This document shows, one piece after another, positions 9,024 through 16,928 of a stretch of DNA of 32,000 nucleotides. Made by a program: the position numbers and the translations under genes. Each line of letters starts with the position of its first letter. Positions within the stretch are counted from its first letter, which is position 1. Under the pieces are notes generated by a model. It did no database searches and was not told where the DNA came from. It was given only the letters and a program-made list of their open reading frames with translations. The DNA comes from Bdellovibrionales bacterium. Lineage in GTDB: Bacteria; Bdellovibrionota; Bdellovibrionia; Bdellovibrionales; UBA1609. Where the stretch lies: NCBI GenBank assembly GCA_965247685.1, contig OZ252021.1, positions 780,001 through 812,000 on the forward strand. The letters are read 5' to 3'.

Positions 9024-10985
9024 ATGGAAATAGATAAGAGCAAAATTAAAATACTGATTGTCGATGATGATGTGACTTTTGTTAATCAACTCTATGACAA
9101 GCTTCACTCTTATGGATATGATGTTTCTGTAGCCTTTGGTTCTTTAGAAGCTAAAGCTTTACTTTTTCGCACTCCATTTCAAATTGTTTTTTTAGATTGT
9201 CTTATGCCTGAAATGAATGGCTACACCTTTGCTGAAGAAGCTACAAAAGTTTTTGGATCTTATATTAAATTTATTTTAATGAGTAATGTATTTAAAAAGC
9301 AAGATGTAATTTATATGGAAAGCAAAAATATCTTTTCTATGTTAGAAAAACCTATTGAGAGTGATGTTCTAAAAAGAGAAATTGATCGAATGATGCTTGG
9401 ATTTTTGAATCCTGTGCGAAATAACAGCCTATTGGTAAACTTTTTTGAAGAAAATTTTTCCATAGAATCTTTGTTTCAACTATTAGAAAAAAATAATTCT
9501 CTGATGAGAGGTGATTTTCTACCTCTATTCTTTTATCTACTGCGCTCTAAGGAGCGTTGGAATTTGAAATTATCTTATGGTGAAGAGATAGAGGTTCAGA
9601 TGGTATTTAAAAAAGGCAGTATTGTTCATTATGAAACTAACGAAGAAGCTCATGCTCAAGATTTTTTAAGGCATCAAAATCTATTTGAATCTAAGGAGCT
9701 TGAAGCTCTCATCAAAAGCCACGGAAGACGAGTGATGAACCATTTGATTGATCATGGTCTAATTAGCCCTCATCATTATTTTAATTATAGAAAAGAAAGT
9801 CTTTTAAGAAGTTTAGAGTATTTTACAAATCAACCGGATGTTCAAGTGTGTTTAGAAAAAGGAAAAGGAGCTGATGATTTTCAAAAATATGATGATGTGG
9901 AAGATATTTTCGAATCTTACTTTATTGAAAATTTAATTCCGTTCATTCAAAAAAAGATGAATGGTCATTTTTTCGATCAATTTATTGGTGCGTTTGAAGA
10001 TTACGAGATTGCTGTTGTTGATATTCAAAAACTAAGGTGGATGATAAAAACAATCCCTTTATTGAAAGTTTTTGATCAAAAAGAAGGTGTGTTGGTTGAG
10101 AAAAAAGGTGTGGGTCAGTTGTGTAAATTATTTCCGAACTCTCAGCGAAATCAAGTTTATAAAGGTTTATTTTGGCTGGTTTCTCAAGGTGCTATTTCTT
10201 TTAAAATAAATAGTTTGATTCAGTTGGATAAATTTTATATAGGTCGATACCAGCTTTTGTATGATTACTTTAAGTCTCTCGGTATTAATCAACTGTTTCA
10301 ACATTTTGGTTGTAAAGATCTGTCAGATAAACATGCTATTCAAAAAACATACCATCATTACGTAAAAATGAATCATGTCGATAAATTCCAAGGATTTTCT
10401 GAAAATTTATTATACATTCTCGGTCAATGCAATCAGATTGTTTCCAATGCTTATGATACCGTAATGAGTGCTGATAAGATGAGCAGTTACATAAAGTCTA
10501 CAAACAGTAAAGAAGCAGAAAACCTCTTAGTAATAGAACAATACAGAAATGACCTCATTCAGCATATTAAGTATAGACAGTATAATCAAGTAGAAAAGTT
10601 GATTCAAAATATGGAGGAGGCTCTCAGTAAACAAGCATCTGGTTCTCAAAAGAGTGTGCAAGATGATTTGTCAATATGGAAATTTATACTAGAAATTGAA
10701 AGAAGTCAGTACGAAGTGGATGAATTAGAATTGATCGATATGGAACAGAGATTTAAAGAAATAGATAGATTTAATGTGTCTTTGGATTTGTATTTTTACT
10801 TATCTTGTTTGTTTAGAACTTGCGAGAAAAAATACAATGTTGCTTTAAAATTTTGTGAAAAATCCTTATCTGAAAATGAAGATTTTGACTTAGCTCATCT
10901 GATGAAAATTAAATTAAATCAAAGGAATAAAAAAAGTTTTGGAGATTGGAACTCTTTTTTAACAGATAAGAAAAAGAGTTCATAA
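9024..10985 (+). CDS. Multidomain response regulator: REC, then a PATAN/DUF4388-like module, a J-like domain (HVD instead of HPD), and a helical/TPR-like C-terminus
   Basis: The REC domain has IKILIVDDD, the acceptor Asp in IVFLDCLMP (D58), ILMS and LEKP (K109). Residues ~144-205 (SIESLFQLLEKN...VFKKGSIVHYET) resemble DUF4388. Residues ~424-489 align without gaps through the HPD position to E. coli DnaJ helices I-II (FGCKDLSDKHAIQKTYHHYVKMNHVDKFQG versus [30 protein letters not shown]). Helix III reads IVSNAYDTVMSADKMSSY. Confidence 0.7.
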   Translation: MEIDKSKIKILIVDDDVTFVNQLYDKLHSYGYDVSVAFGSLEAKALLFRTPFQIVFLDCLMPEMNGYTFAEEATKVFGSYIKFILMSNVFKKQDVIYMESKNIFSMLEKPIESDVLKREIDRMMLGFLNPVRNNSLLVNFFEENFSIESLFQLLEKNNSLMRGDFLPLFFYLLRSKERWNLKLSYGEEIEVQMVFKKGSIVHYETNEEAHAQDFLRHQNLFESKELEALIKSHGRRVMNHLIDHGLISPHHYFNYRKESLLRSLEYFTNQPDVQVCLEKGKGADDFQKYDDVEDIFESYFIENLIPFIQKKMNGHFFDQFIGAFEDYEIAVVDIQKLRWMIKTIPLLKVFDQKEGVLVEKKGVGQLCKLFPNSQRNQVYKGLFWLVSQGAISFKINSLIQLDKFYIGRYQLLYDYFKSLGINQLFQHFGCKDLSDKHAIQKTYHHYVKMNHVDKFQGFSENLLYILGQCNQIVSNAYDTVMSADKMSSYIKSTNSKEAENLLVIEQYRNDLIQHIKYRQYNQVEKLIQNMEEALSKQASGSQKSVQDDLSIWKFILEIERSQYEVDELELIDMEQRFKEIDRFNVSLDLYFYLSCLFRTCEKKYNVALKFCEKSLSENEDFDLAHLMKIKLNQRNKKSFGDWNSFLTDKKKSS

Positions 10986-10989
10986 AACA

Positions 10990-12117
10990 CTAGTATTCCA
11001 AGAGGCAGAATCCGCTTAAAGGAGTTTGAAAATTGGTGAGTTGACCTCGATATATTCGACCTCCTATTAATTGAATTTGATCTTCATAGGCATAGGCTCG
11101 AATATCAACCTTCCACTTTTCATGAGTAGCAGGGTGAGTCCATACCATGGGAGGAATAAATTTTTGTGCGATACATTTTTCAAGAGTTTGAAATTTATTT
11201 TTAGTAATACTTTTCCCTTTATATGATCCTCTGCCTCCATAACTTTCTATAGGTTTAAAGAAGAACTGTTTTCTTGTTTCCCAAAAAGAAGGTTGAAAAA
11301 GATGAGTCTCGATTAATATAGTTTTTAAAAAATGAGTATCTAGTATGGAGTTTGATTTTTGATTTTGAGACACCAAAGAATATAGAGTGCATAAGTTTTT
11401 TTTATCAGCTAATAGAAAATATTCTTGAGGATTTGGGCTTAAGCAGATTTTTTTCTGCTCGTATGCGTTTTTAATAATCTTGTGTCGATTGAGATAGAAA
11501 TCAGTCAGCCGATTATATAAAAAATCAATACGTTCTCCATGGGGAGTTTGAAGCTCTCCTTGAGAGTTGGACTTTATTTGATTAACATCTAAAACATCAC
11601 AATTCCAACTCCATTGGTTCATCCATTCTTTATACATGAAAAATTCGAAGTAGAGTTTTTGTTGTCGGATATCTGTATCAGTGATCACTGTTTTCTGAGG
11701 TGGTGAACTGCTTTTTGAGAAAAGTTTCCATTCGTTTATAAAAGAATCTTTAAGACTTTCAAGACTTTGAGAATTATCTATTCCATGGGTTTTTTGAATA
11801 AGATCCAGAATTAAAAATCCAGAAGCATTAGTATTAATTTCAATTAATCGAGGGTTGTTTTCGGAATCTATGTGAAAATCATAAGCCATTAAAACTGAAT
11901 GATTATCAACAGAGTGAGGGTATGAGTCTTTTTGTTCACGACTCCATTTGTAGATGTTCTTGACGGTTTTTTGTATTTTGGTCACTACTTTTTTGTCGAA
12001 TGGAATTCTAAACGGAGAGACGCATTGTTGGAGTTGTTCGAGGTGAACAGGTATATTTGGATATAACTGTTGTAGATTTTCAGAAAATTTCCTGTAAAAT
12101 AAATTAGTGTCATCCAT
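10990..12117 (-). CDS. Glutathionylspermidine-synthase-like / circularly permuted (pre-)ATP-grasp ligase family protein; substrate unknown
   Basis: VLMAYDFHIDSENNPRLIEINTNASG resembles the RFDF...KLLEYNADTP signature of GSP-synthetase and CP-ATP-grasp proteins. Later segments (IDFLYNRL, LLADKKNLCTLY, FFKPIESYGGRGSY, VDIRAYAYEDQIQLIGGRIYRG) follow the same family order. This is by-eye similarity only. Confidence 0.45.
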   Translation of the reverse strand: MDDTNLFYRKFSENLQQLYPNIPVHLEQLQQCVSPFRIPFDKKVVTKIQKTVKNIYKWSREQKDSYPHSVDNHSVLMAYDFHIDSENNPRLIEINTNASGFLILDLIQKTHGIDNSQSLESLKDSFINEWKLFSKSSSPPQKTVITDTDIRQQKLYFEFFMYKEWMNQWSWNCDVLDVNQIKSNSQGELQTPHGERIDFLYNRLTDFYLNRHKIIKNAYEQKKICLSPNPQEYFLLADKKNLCTLYSLVSQNQKSNSILDTHFLKTILIETHLFQPSFWETRKQFFFKPIESYGGRGSYKGKSITKNKFQTLEKCIAQKFIPPMVWTHPATHEKWKVDIRAYAYEDQIQLIGGRIYRGQLTNFQTPLSGFCLLEY

Positions 12118-12253
12118 TTAGTAGTATTGAGCATAAAATGAATGAGACTTCAAACTCTTTATATCGAAGTAATATACAAAGTGCATTCTTTGTAGAAAAG
12201 GGTTCACTTCACAGAAACCATATTCTACAATATCAAAATTGAGGATGTGAATC

Positions 12254-13024
12254 ATGAAACTTATATCATGGAATGTGAACGGTATCAGAGCGTGTGAAAG
12301 AAAAGGCTTTTTGCATTTTGTGGAACAACATCGGCCGGATATTTTATGTCTTCAAGAAACTAAAGCTCATGTTGATCAACTAGAGTCTTCTTTACAAAAA
12401 GTAAAATCTTATGATGCTTATTGGTCTATATCTGAAGTTCCTGGTTATTCAGGGACTGTCACCTATACTAAAAAGAAACCTCTTTCGGTTTTTTATGAAA
12501 TGGGAATTTATCAGTTTGATCGAGAAGGTCGTTTTGTCATTACTCATTACGATGATTTTATTCTATTTAATATCTATTTTCCCAATGGTGCTAAAAACGA
12601 GATTCGGCATCTTTTTAAACAAGAATTCTTACAACAGCTCAACTATCATTTAAAAAAACTTGTGAATCAAGGAAAGGAACTGATTGTTGTTGGAGATTAT
12701 AATGTAGCCTACTTAGATATAGATGTTTATGACCCTCAAGCGTTGTCCAAAGTAAGTGGTTTTTTACCTGAGGAAAGAGACTGGTTTCAATCTTTTTTGT
12801 CTTTAGGCTTTTTAGATGTTTACCGCCGCTTTTATCCGCAGCAAAAAGAAGCTTTTACATGGTGGTCTTACAAAGAGAATGCGAGAAAAAACAATAGAGG
12901 CTGGAGAATTGACCATATTTGTGTGACTCAAGGTCTAAAAGATCGCCTGAAGGGTATAGAAATTTTATCTCAAGTAATGGGTTCGGATCATTGCCCGATT
13001 CAAGTGACCTTGTCCAATTCTTAA
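12254..13024 (+). CDS. xth: Exodeoxyribonuclease III (AP endonuclease)
   Basis: MKLISWNVNGIRA, ILCLQETK, VVGDYNV, WRIDHI and GSDHCPI are present. A GAGGA Shine-Dalgarno lies upstream. Confidence 0.92.
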   Translation: MKLISWNVNGIRACERKGFLHFVEQHRPDILCLQETKAHVDQLESSLQKVKSYDAYWSISEVPGYSGTVTYTKKKPLSVFYEMGIYQFDREGRFVITHYDDFILFNIYFPNGAKNEIRHLFKQEFLQQLNYHLKKLVNQGKELIVVGDYNVAYLDIDVYDPQALSKVSGFLPEERDWFQSFLSLGFLDVYRRFYPQQKEAFTWWSYKENARKNNRGWRIDHICVTQGLKDRLKGIEILSQVMGSDHCPIQVTLSNS

Positions 13025-13101
13025 AAACTCGTTTATTTTATTGTGTTGTTTTTTATTAAGAATAATTTCATCTTTATAAGAAATAGGTCAACCAAAATTA
13101 C

Positions 13102-13130
13102 TTGACTTAAACAGTAGTACTCCATATTTT
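13102..13130 (+). promoter_or_regulatory. Candidate sigma70-type promoter for ribB-ribH-proS
   Basis: TTGACT (13102-13107), a 17-nt spacer, then TATTTT (13125-13130), about 48 nt upstream of the ribB TTG start. This is a pattern match only. Confidence 0.25.
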
Positions 13131-13177
13131 GTTTTTACACCATATTTGAAAATCCTATTTATTGTGAGGAATTTATT

Positions 13178-13834
13178 TTGAAAACTGATCGTCTTGTACT
13201 ATCCACAATACCTGAAATTATTTCTGAACTTCGGAATAAAAGACTGGTGATTATTGTAGATAATGAAAATAGAGAAAACGAAGGAGACTTGGTTTTTCCA
13301 GCTCAGTTTATCACTCCAGAAATTGTGAACTTTATATCTATGCATGCTCGGGGTTTAATTTGTGTAGCTTTGGATGTGGAGTCGACAAAAAGAATGAACC
13401 TTCCGCAAATGGTTCCTAAGGAAGATAATTCTTCACCTCAAAAAACAGCTTTTACTATTAGTGTGGAAGCTGCGTCTGGAGTCACCACAGGTATTTCTGC
13501 AGCAGATCGATCAAGAACTATTCAAGTATTGTCTGATTCTGTTTCTCAGCCACAAGATTTAGTTCGCCCTGGACATATTTTTCCTATTCAAGCCAAAGAA
13601 GGAGGTGTTTTACAAAGGGCAGGGCATACAGAAGCTTCAGTAGATCTTTGTCAACTCGCAGGCCTTCGCCCAGTTGCCGTGATTTGTGAAATTATGAACT
13701 TAGATGGCACAATGGCTCGATTGAACCAGCTTACAAATTTTTCTCGACAACATAATATTAAGATAGGTTCTATTGAAGATTTAATTCATTATAGAAAAAA
13801 GGTTGCATTACAAGACAGATTATATAAGAGTTAA
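13178..13834 (+). CDS. ribB: 3,4-dihydroxy-2-butanone 4-phosphate synthase (stand-alone, not fused to GTP cyclohydrolase II)
   Basis: RENEGDLVFPAQFITPE, MHARGLICVAL, RPGHIFP and RAGHTEASVDL are present. The 218-aa length corresponds to the DHBPS domain only. The start codon is TTG, preceded by GAGGAA. Confidence 0.9.
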   Translation: MKTDRLVLSTIPEIISELRNKRLVIIVDNENRENEGDLVFPAQFITPEIVNFISMHARGLICVALDVESTKRMNLPQMVPKEDNSSPQKTAFTISVEAASGVTTGISAADRSRTIQVLSDSVSQPQDLVRPGHIFPIQAKEGGVLQRAGHTEASVDLCQLAGLRPVAVICEIMNLDGTMARLNQLTNFSRQHNIKIGSIEDLIHYRKKVALQDRLYKS

Positions 13835-13861
13835 ATCAAATTTTTGCTGCTATAAAAAGCT

Positions 13862-14311
13862 ATGAAAAAAGTTAAATACAAAGTTGGTTATGCTGTTTCT
13901 GAGTTTTATCCTGATTTTGCTCGTTCTCTCATACGAGGGGTGGAAAAAATCTTATATCCTCTCTACAAAGCTGGAGATTTAATTTTATTAGAGCCTGTAA
14001 AAGTTCCTGGTTCTTCTGAGCTTCCTTTGGCTTTGGATTGGTTGTTTGAATATCAAAATTGTTCTGCAGCCATTGGTTTAGGAGTAGTTATTCGTGGTGA
14101 AACCACTCATTATGATTCTGTTTGTCGTATTGTGGAGCAAGGTTTTCTTCAAGTTCAAATGAAAAGGTCTTGCCCCGTGATTTCAGGAGTGATTATGGCT
14201 GATTCTAGTCAACAGGTTCAAGATCGATTATCCTCATCTAATCATAAAGGTATAAAAGCGGCAGAGGCTTGTTTGATGATGCTGAATGTACATAAAAAGG
14301 TATTATTATGA
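13862..14311 (+). CDS. ribH: 6,7-dimethyl-8-ribityllumazine synthase
   Basis: VPGSSELPLA and GLGVVIRGETTHYDSVC are lumazine synthase signatures, and the 149-aa length fits. The stop overlaps the proS start (ATGA). Confidence 0.9.
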   Translation: MKKVKYKVGYAVSEFYPDFARSLIRGVEKILYPLYKAGDLILLEPVKVPGSSELPLALDWLFEYQNCSAAIGLGVVIRGETTHYDSVCRIVEQGFLQVQMKRSCPVISGVIMADSSQQVQDRLSSSNHKGIKAAEACLMMLNVHKKVLL

Positions 14312-15579
14312 AATGGTCTCAAACAGCAATTCGTACTTTGAGAGAAGATCCAATATCAGTTTCTATTAAAAGTCATAAATGGATGGTGCGATCAGATTTA
14401 ATTCAGCCTTTAGCTTCAGGATTATTTATTTATGGACCTTTTATGGTTCGAGCTCTTCAAAAATTTGAAGCTATCATTCAAAAAGAATTAAACCAGCAAG
14501 GCTTTGTAGAAATTTTTATGCCTATGGTACAACCTAAAGAGATTTGGAATGAAACAGGTCGATGGGAAATGTTTTCTGAGATTCTTCAAAAAATTAAAAA
14601 TCGATCTGGTCAAGAATTTTGTTTAGGGCCTACACATGAGGAAGTAGTGACAGACTATGCTCGTCATCATGTGAAAAGCTATCGAGACTTACCTTTTTAT
14701 GTTTATCAGATACAAACTAAGTACCGAGATGAAATTCGTCCTCGTTTTGGACTTCTCAGAGCTAGGGAGTTTGCCATGAAAGATGCTTATAGCTTTGATT
14801 TAGATAAGGAGTCGGCTTTAGCCACCTATACGAAAATGGAACAAACTTATCATAATATTTTTTCACAACTAGGAGTTCGGTATTGTGTAGTTCAGGCGGA
14901 TAGTGGAGCTATTGGCGGGGATTATTCCAAAGAGTTTCATATTTTGGCGGATGAAGGTGAAGATAGTTTAATTATTTCTAAGGATGGATCATTTGCGGTA
15001 AATAAGGAGCTTGCTCAACCTGAAGATTTAAAAAGAAAGGATATCGTGCAATGTCGTGGGATAGAAGTAGGGCATATTTTCTATTTGGGTCAAAAGTATT
15101 CAAAAGATATGAAAGCAGGATACTTAAATTCTTCTGGAAAGAATCAGTGGATTGAGATGGGTTGCTATGGAATTGGTTTATCTCGCACAATACAGGCTGT
15201 GATTGAACAAAGTCATGATGAACAAGGAATTATTTGGCCTCAAAGTATTACTCCATTCACAGTTCATTTAGTGGCTTTAAATAAAAAATCAGAATCAAAA
15301 GTTATGGATCAAGCTCAAAAGATCTATCAATTCTTATGGTCTAATGATGTGGATTGTTTTCTAGATGATCGTCAGGAAGCTCCGGGAGTGAAATTTAAAG
15401 ATGCGGACTTATTAGGTTTTCCTCTTCGTGTGGTTGTTGGTGAAAAAGATTTAGAAAATCAACAGGTAGAGGTTGTTTGGAGAAAATCTGGAAAGAAAAA
15501 AAAATTAAATCTAAAGGACTTAGAGTCTCAACTTTTAAAGTTTACTCAAGAACTCACTCCGATGTCAGAATCGAAATAA
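14308..15579 (+). CDS. proS: Prolyl-tRNA synthetase, bacterial-type catalytic core lacking the INS editing domain
   Basis: LGPTHEEVVTDY is present, along with motif 2 (YRDEIRPRFGLLRAREFAMKDAYSF), RGIEVGHIFYLGQKYS and motif 3 (GCYGIGLSRTI), plus a C-terminal anticodon-binding domain. The protein is only 423 aa. The segment between SKEFHILADEGEDS and RGIEVGH is about 30 aa, where E. coli ProRS carries a ~180-aa INS domain. Confidence 0.9.
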   Translation: MKWSQTAIRTLREDPISVSIKSHKWMVRSDLIQPLASGLFIYGPFMVRALQKFEAIIQKELNQQGFVEIFMPMVQPKEIWNETGRWEMFSEILQKIKNRSGQEFCLGPTHEEVVTDYARHHVKSYRDLPFYVYQIQTKYRDEIRPRFGLLRAREFAMKDAYSFDLDKESALATYTKMEQTYHNIFSQLGVRYCVVQADSGAIGGDYSKEFHILADEGEDSLIISKDGSFAVNKELAQPEDLKRKDIVQCRGIEVGHIFYLGQKYSKDMKAGYLNSSGKNQWIEMGCYGIGLSRTIQAVIEQSHDEQGIIWPQSITPFTVHLVALNKKSESKVMDQAQKIYQFLWSNDVDCFLDDRQEAPGVKFKDADLLGFPLRVVVGEKDLENQQVEVVWRKSGKKKKLNLKDLESQLLKFTQELTPMSESK

Positions 15580-15731
15580 TTCAGACTGAGGCTTCCTCCA
15601 ATTATAATGAATTTCCGATGGGAAAGATTTTTTCAAAATATTTTGAATAGTTTAGCTTTGTGGCTGATCGCTGCTTTAAGTGAGAGACAATAAGAGTTTT
15701 TTAAAATTTCTCCAATATATTGAGTCTAATT

Positions 15732-16928
15732 TTATTCAGATTTCTCTTTTAGATTTTTCATTTCAAAAGCCAGAGCCAAGGCGGAGAGTCGAGCAGCCCA
15801 ACCATAAACATTTTCTTCATTATGACCTTCAATTTGTATCATGAGATCAGAGATGCACAGCTGTTTATAGACAGAGCCAGGACTATTTAAGTTTTCTTTC
15901 ACACTTTTTTTCTTATGAGTTCTTAAAAATCCTCCTATCAAATTAAAACCTATCATATAGATTGCAGGTTCAGAGCTTCCTTGTGCCGAGTGGTGGATGG
16001 AAGTAGGAATTCCTTCTTGTAGAATGAGTTGGTGAATTCGGGATCCTCCCTTGGCTGCCTTCATTTTTTTTCTCATTTTATAACTCCAGTGGCTCACTTC
16101 ATCAGGAGACTCTACAGAGGTAACTCCTAATCCATAGGTGCCAGAGATGTTTTTTAAAAAGGCAAAAGGAGTTTCATTATATTTTTCATAAGCAGGCTTT
16201 AATTTTTCTAAAAAGACTTCTAAACTGTTTCTTAAGTTTTTCATTAATTCAGGTTTTTCTGGATCAAATGGCTTAAAAGTTTGAGTTTCGATAGTTAGAT
16301 GCCATGGATCTATATCAATAATGTGAGCCAGCTCCACAGCTAATTTATTATATTCCTTAAAAAATTTATCTTTTCTTCTGTTCTTCCAGCCCATTAAGTA
16401 GGAAGGGTTGAGAGGAATGTTCGAAGGGATGTCATAATGGGTTGAAAAGTCGTTATTACTGATAATTAAATCTGAATTTTTTAAATGATCATTTAAAATA
16501 TGAATCTGGATTTTTTCTTCCGAAGAGTTTTCAACTTCTATAGAAGTTGTAAGAGTTTTTCCAGGGACGCAAATAATAACTTCGTCAGCCGCATGATTTA
16601 AAATATTTTTTAAGGTTGTGATGTTATCCCAGTAATAAATATTTTTTGTATGTTCTTCTGTAAGTAAAATTATTTTTTTTAATTTACCGTAATTTTTATG
16701 AATATATTCTTGAGCTATAGAAGGGGTGTTACCAAGGTCTACCTCACAAATATTATTAAAACCTGCTGGAAAAATATTAGCATCTACAGGAGCTATTTTA
16801 TAACCTGAATCTCTAATATCGAAGCTAGAATAAAAAGGGAAAAATAAATTTTTCTTTTTTTGATCAAACCAATCCATCAGTTGATCTTTGTGTGTAATAA
16901 TTTTTTTATGTAAGAGATCTTTAATCAT
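15732..16928 (-). CDS. gshA: Glutamate-cysteine ligase of the alternative (Acidithiobacillus ferrooxidans / Leptospira) GshA family
   Basis: [32 protein letters not shown], together with the C-terminal [19 protein letters not shown]...[10 protein letters not shown], matches my recollection of the GshA (T. ferrooxidans-type) family signature. I could not verify this by search. Confidence 0.55.
   Translation of the reverse strand: [398 protein letters not shown]

Noticed and set aside
13101-13113. A 13-nt identity, CTTGACTTAAACA, shared by the putative ribB promoter and the region upstream of rpsD (minus strand, 26487-26499)
   Set aside because: In 2 x 32 kb of AT-rich sequence, some 13-mer coincidences are expected by chance. 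Both copies contain a -35-like TTGACT, which already biases them to similarity. This is not enough to call a shared regulatory element.
13025-13177. An FMN riboswitch upstream of ribB (and upstream of ribD at 7689-7776)
   Set aside because: Both leaders are AT-rich and lack the conserved G-rich RFN core segments and the multi-stem architecture, as far as I can judge by eye. A covariance-model scan would be needed for certainty.
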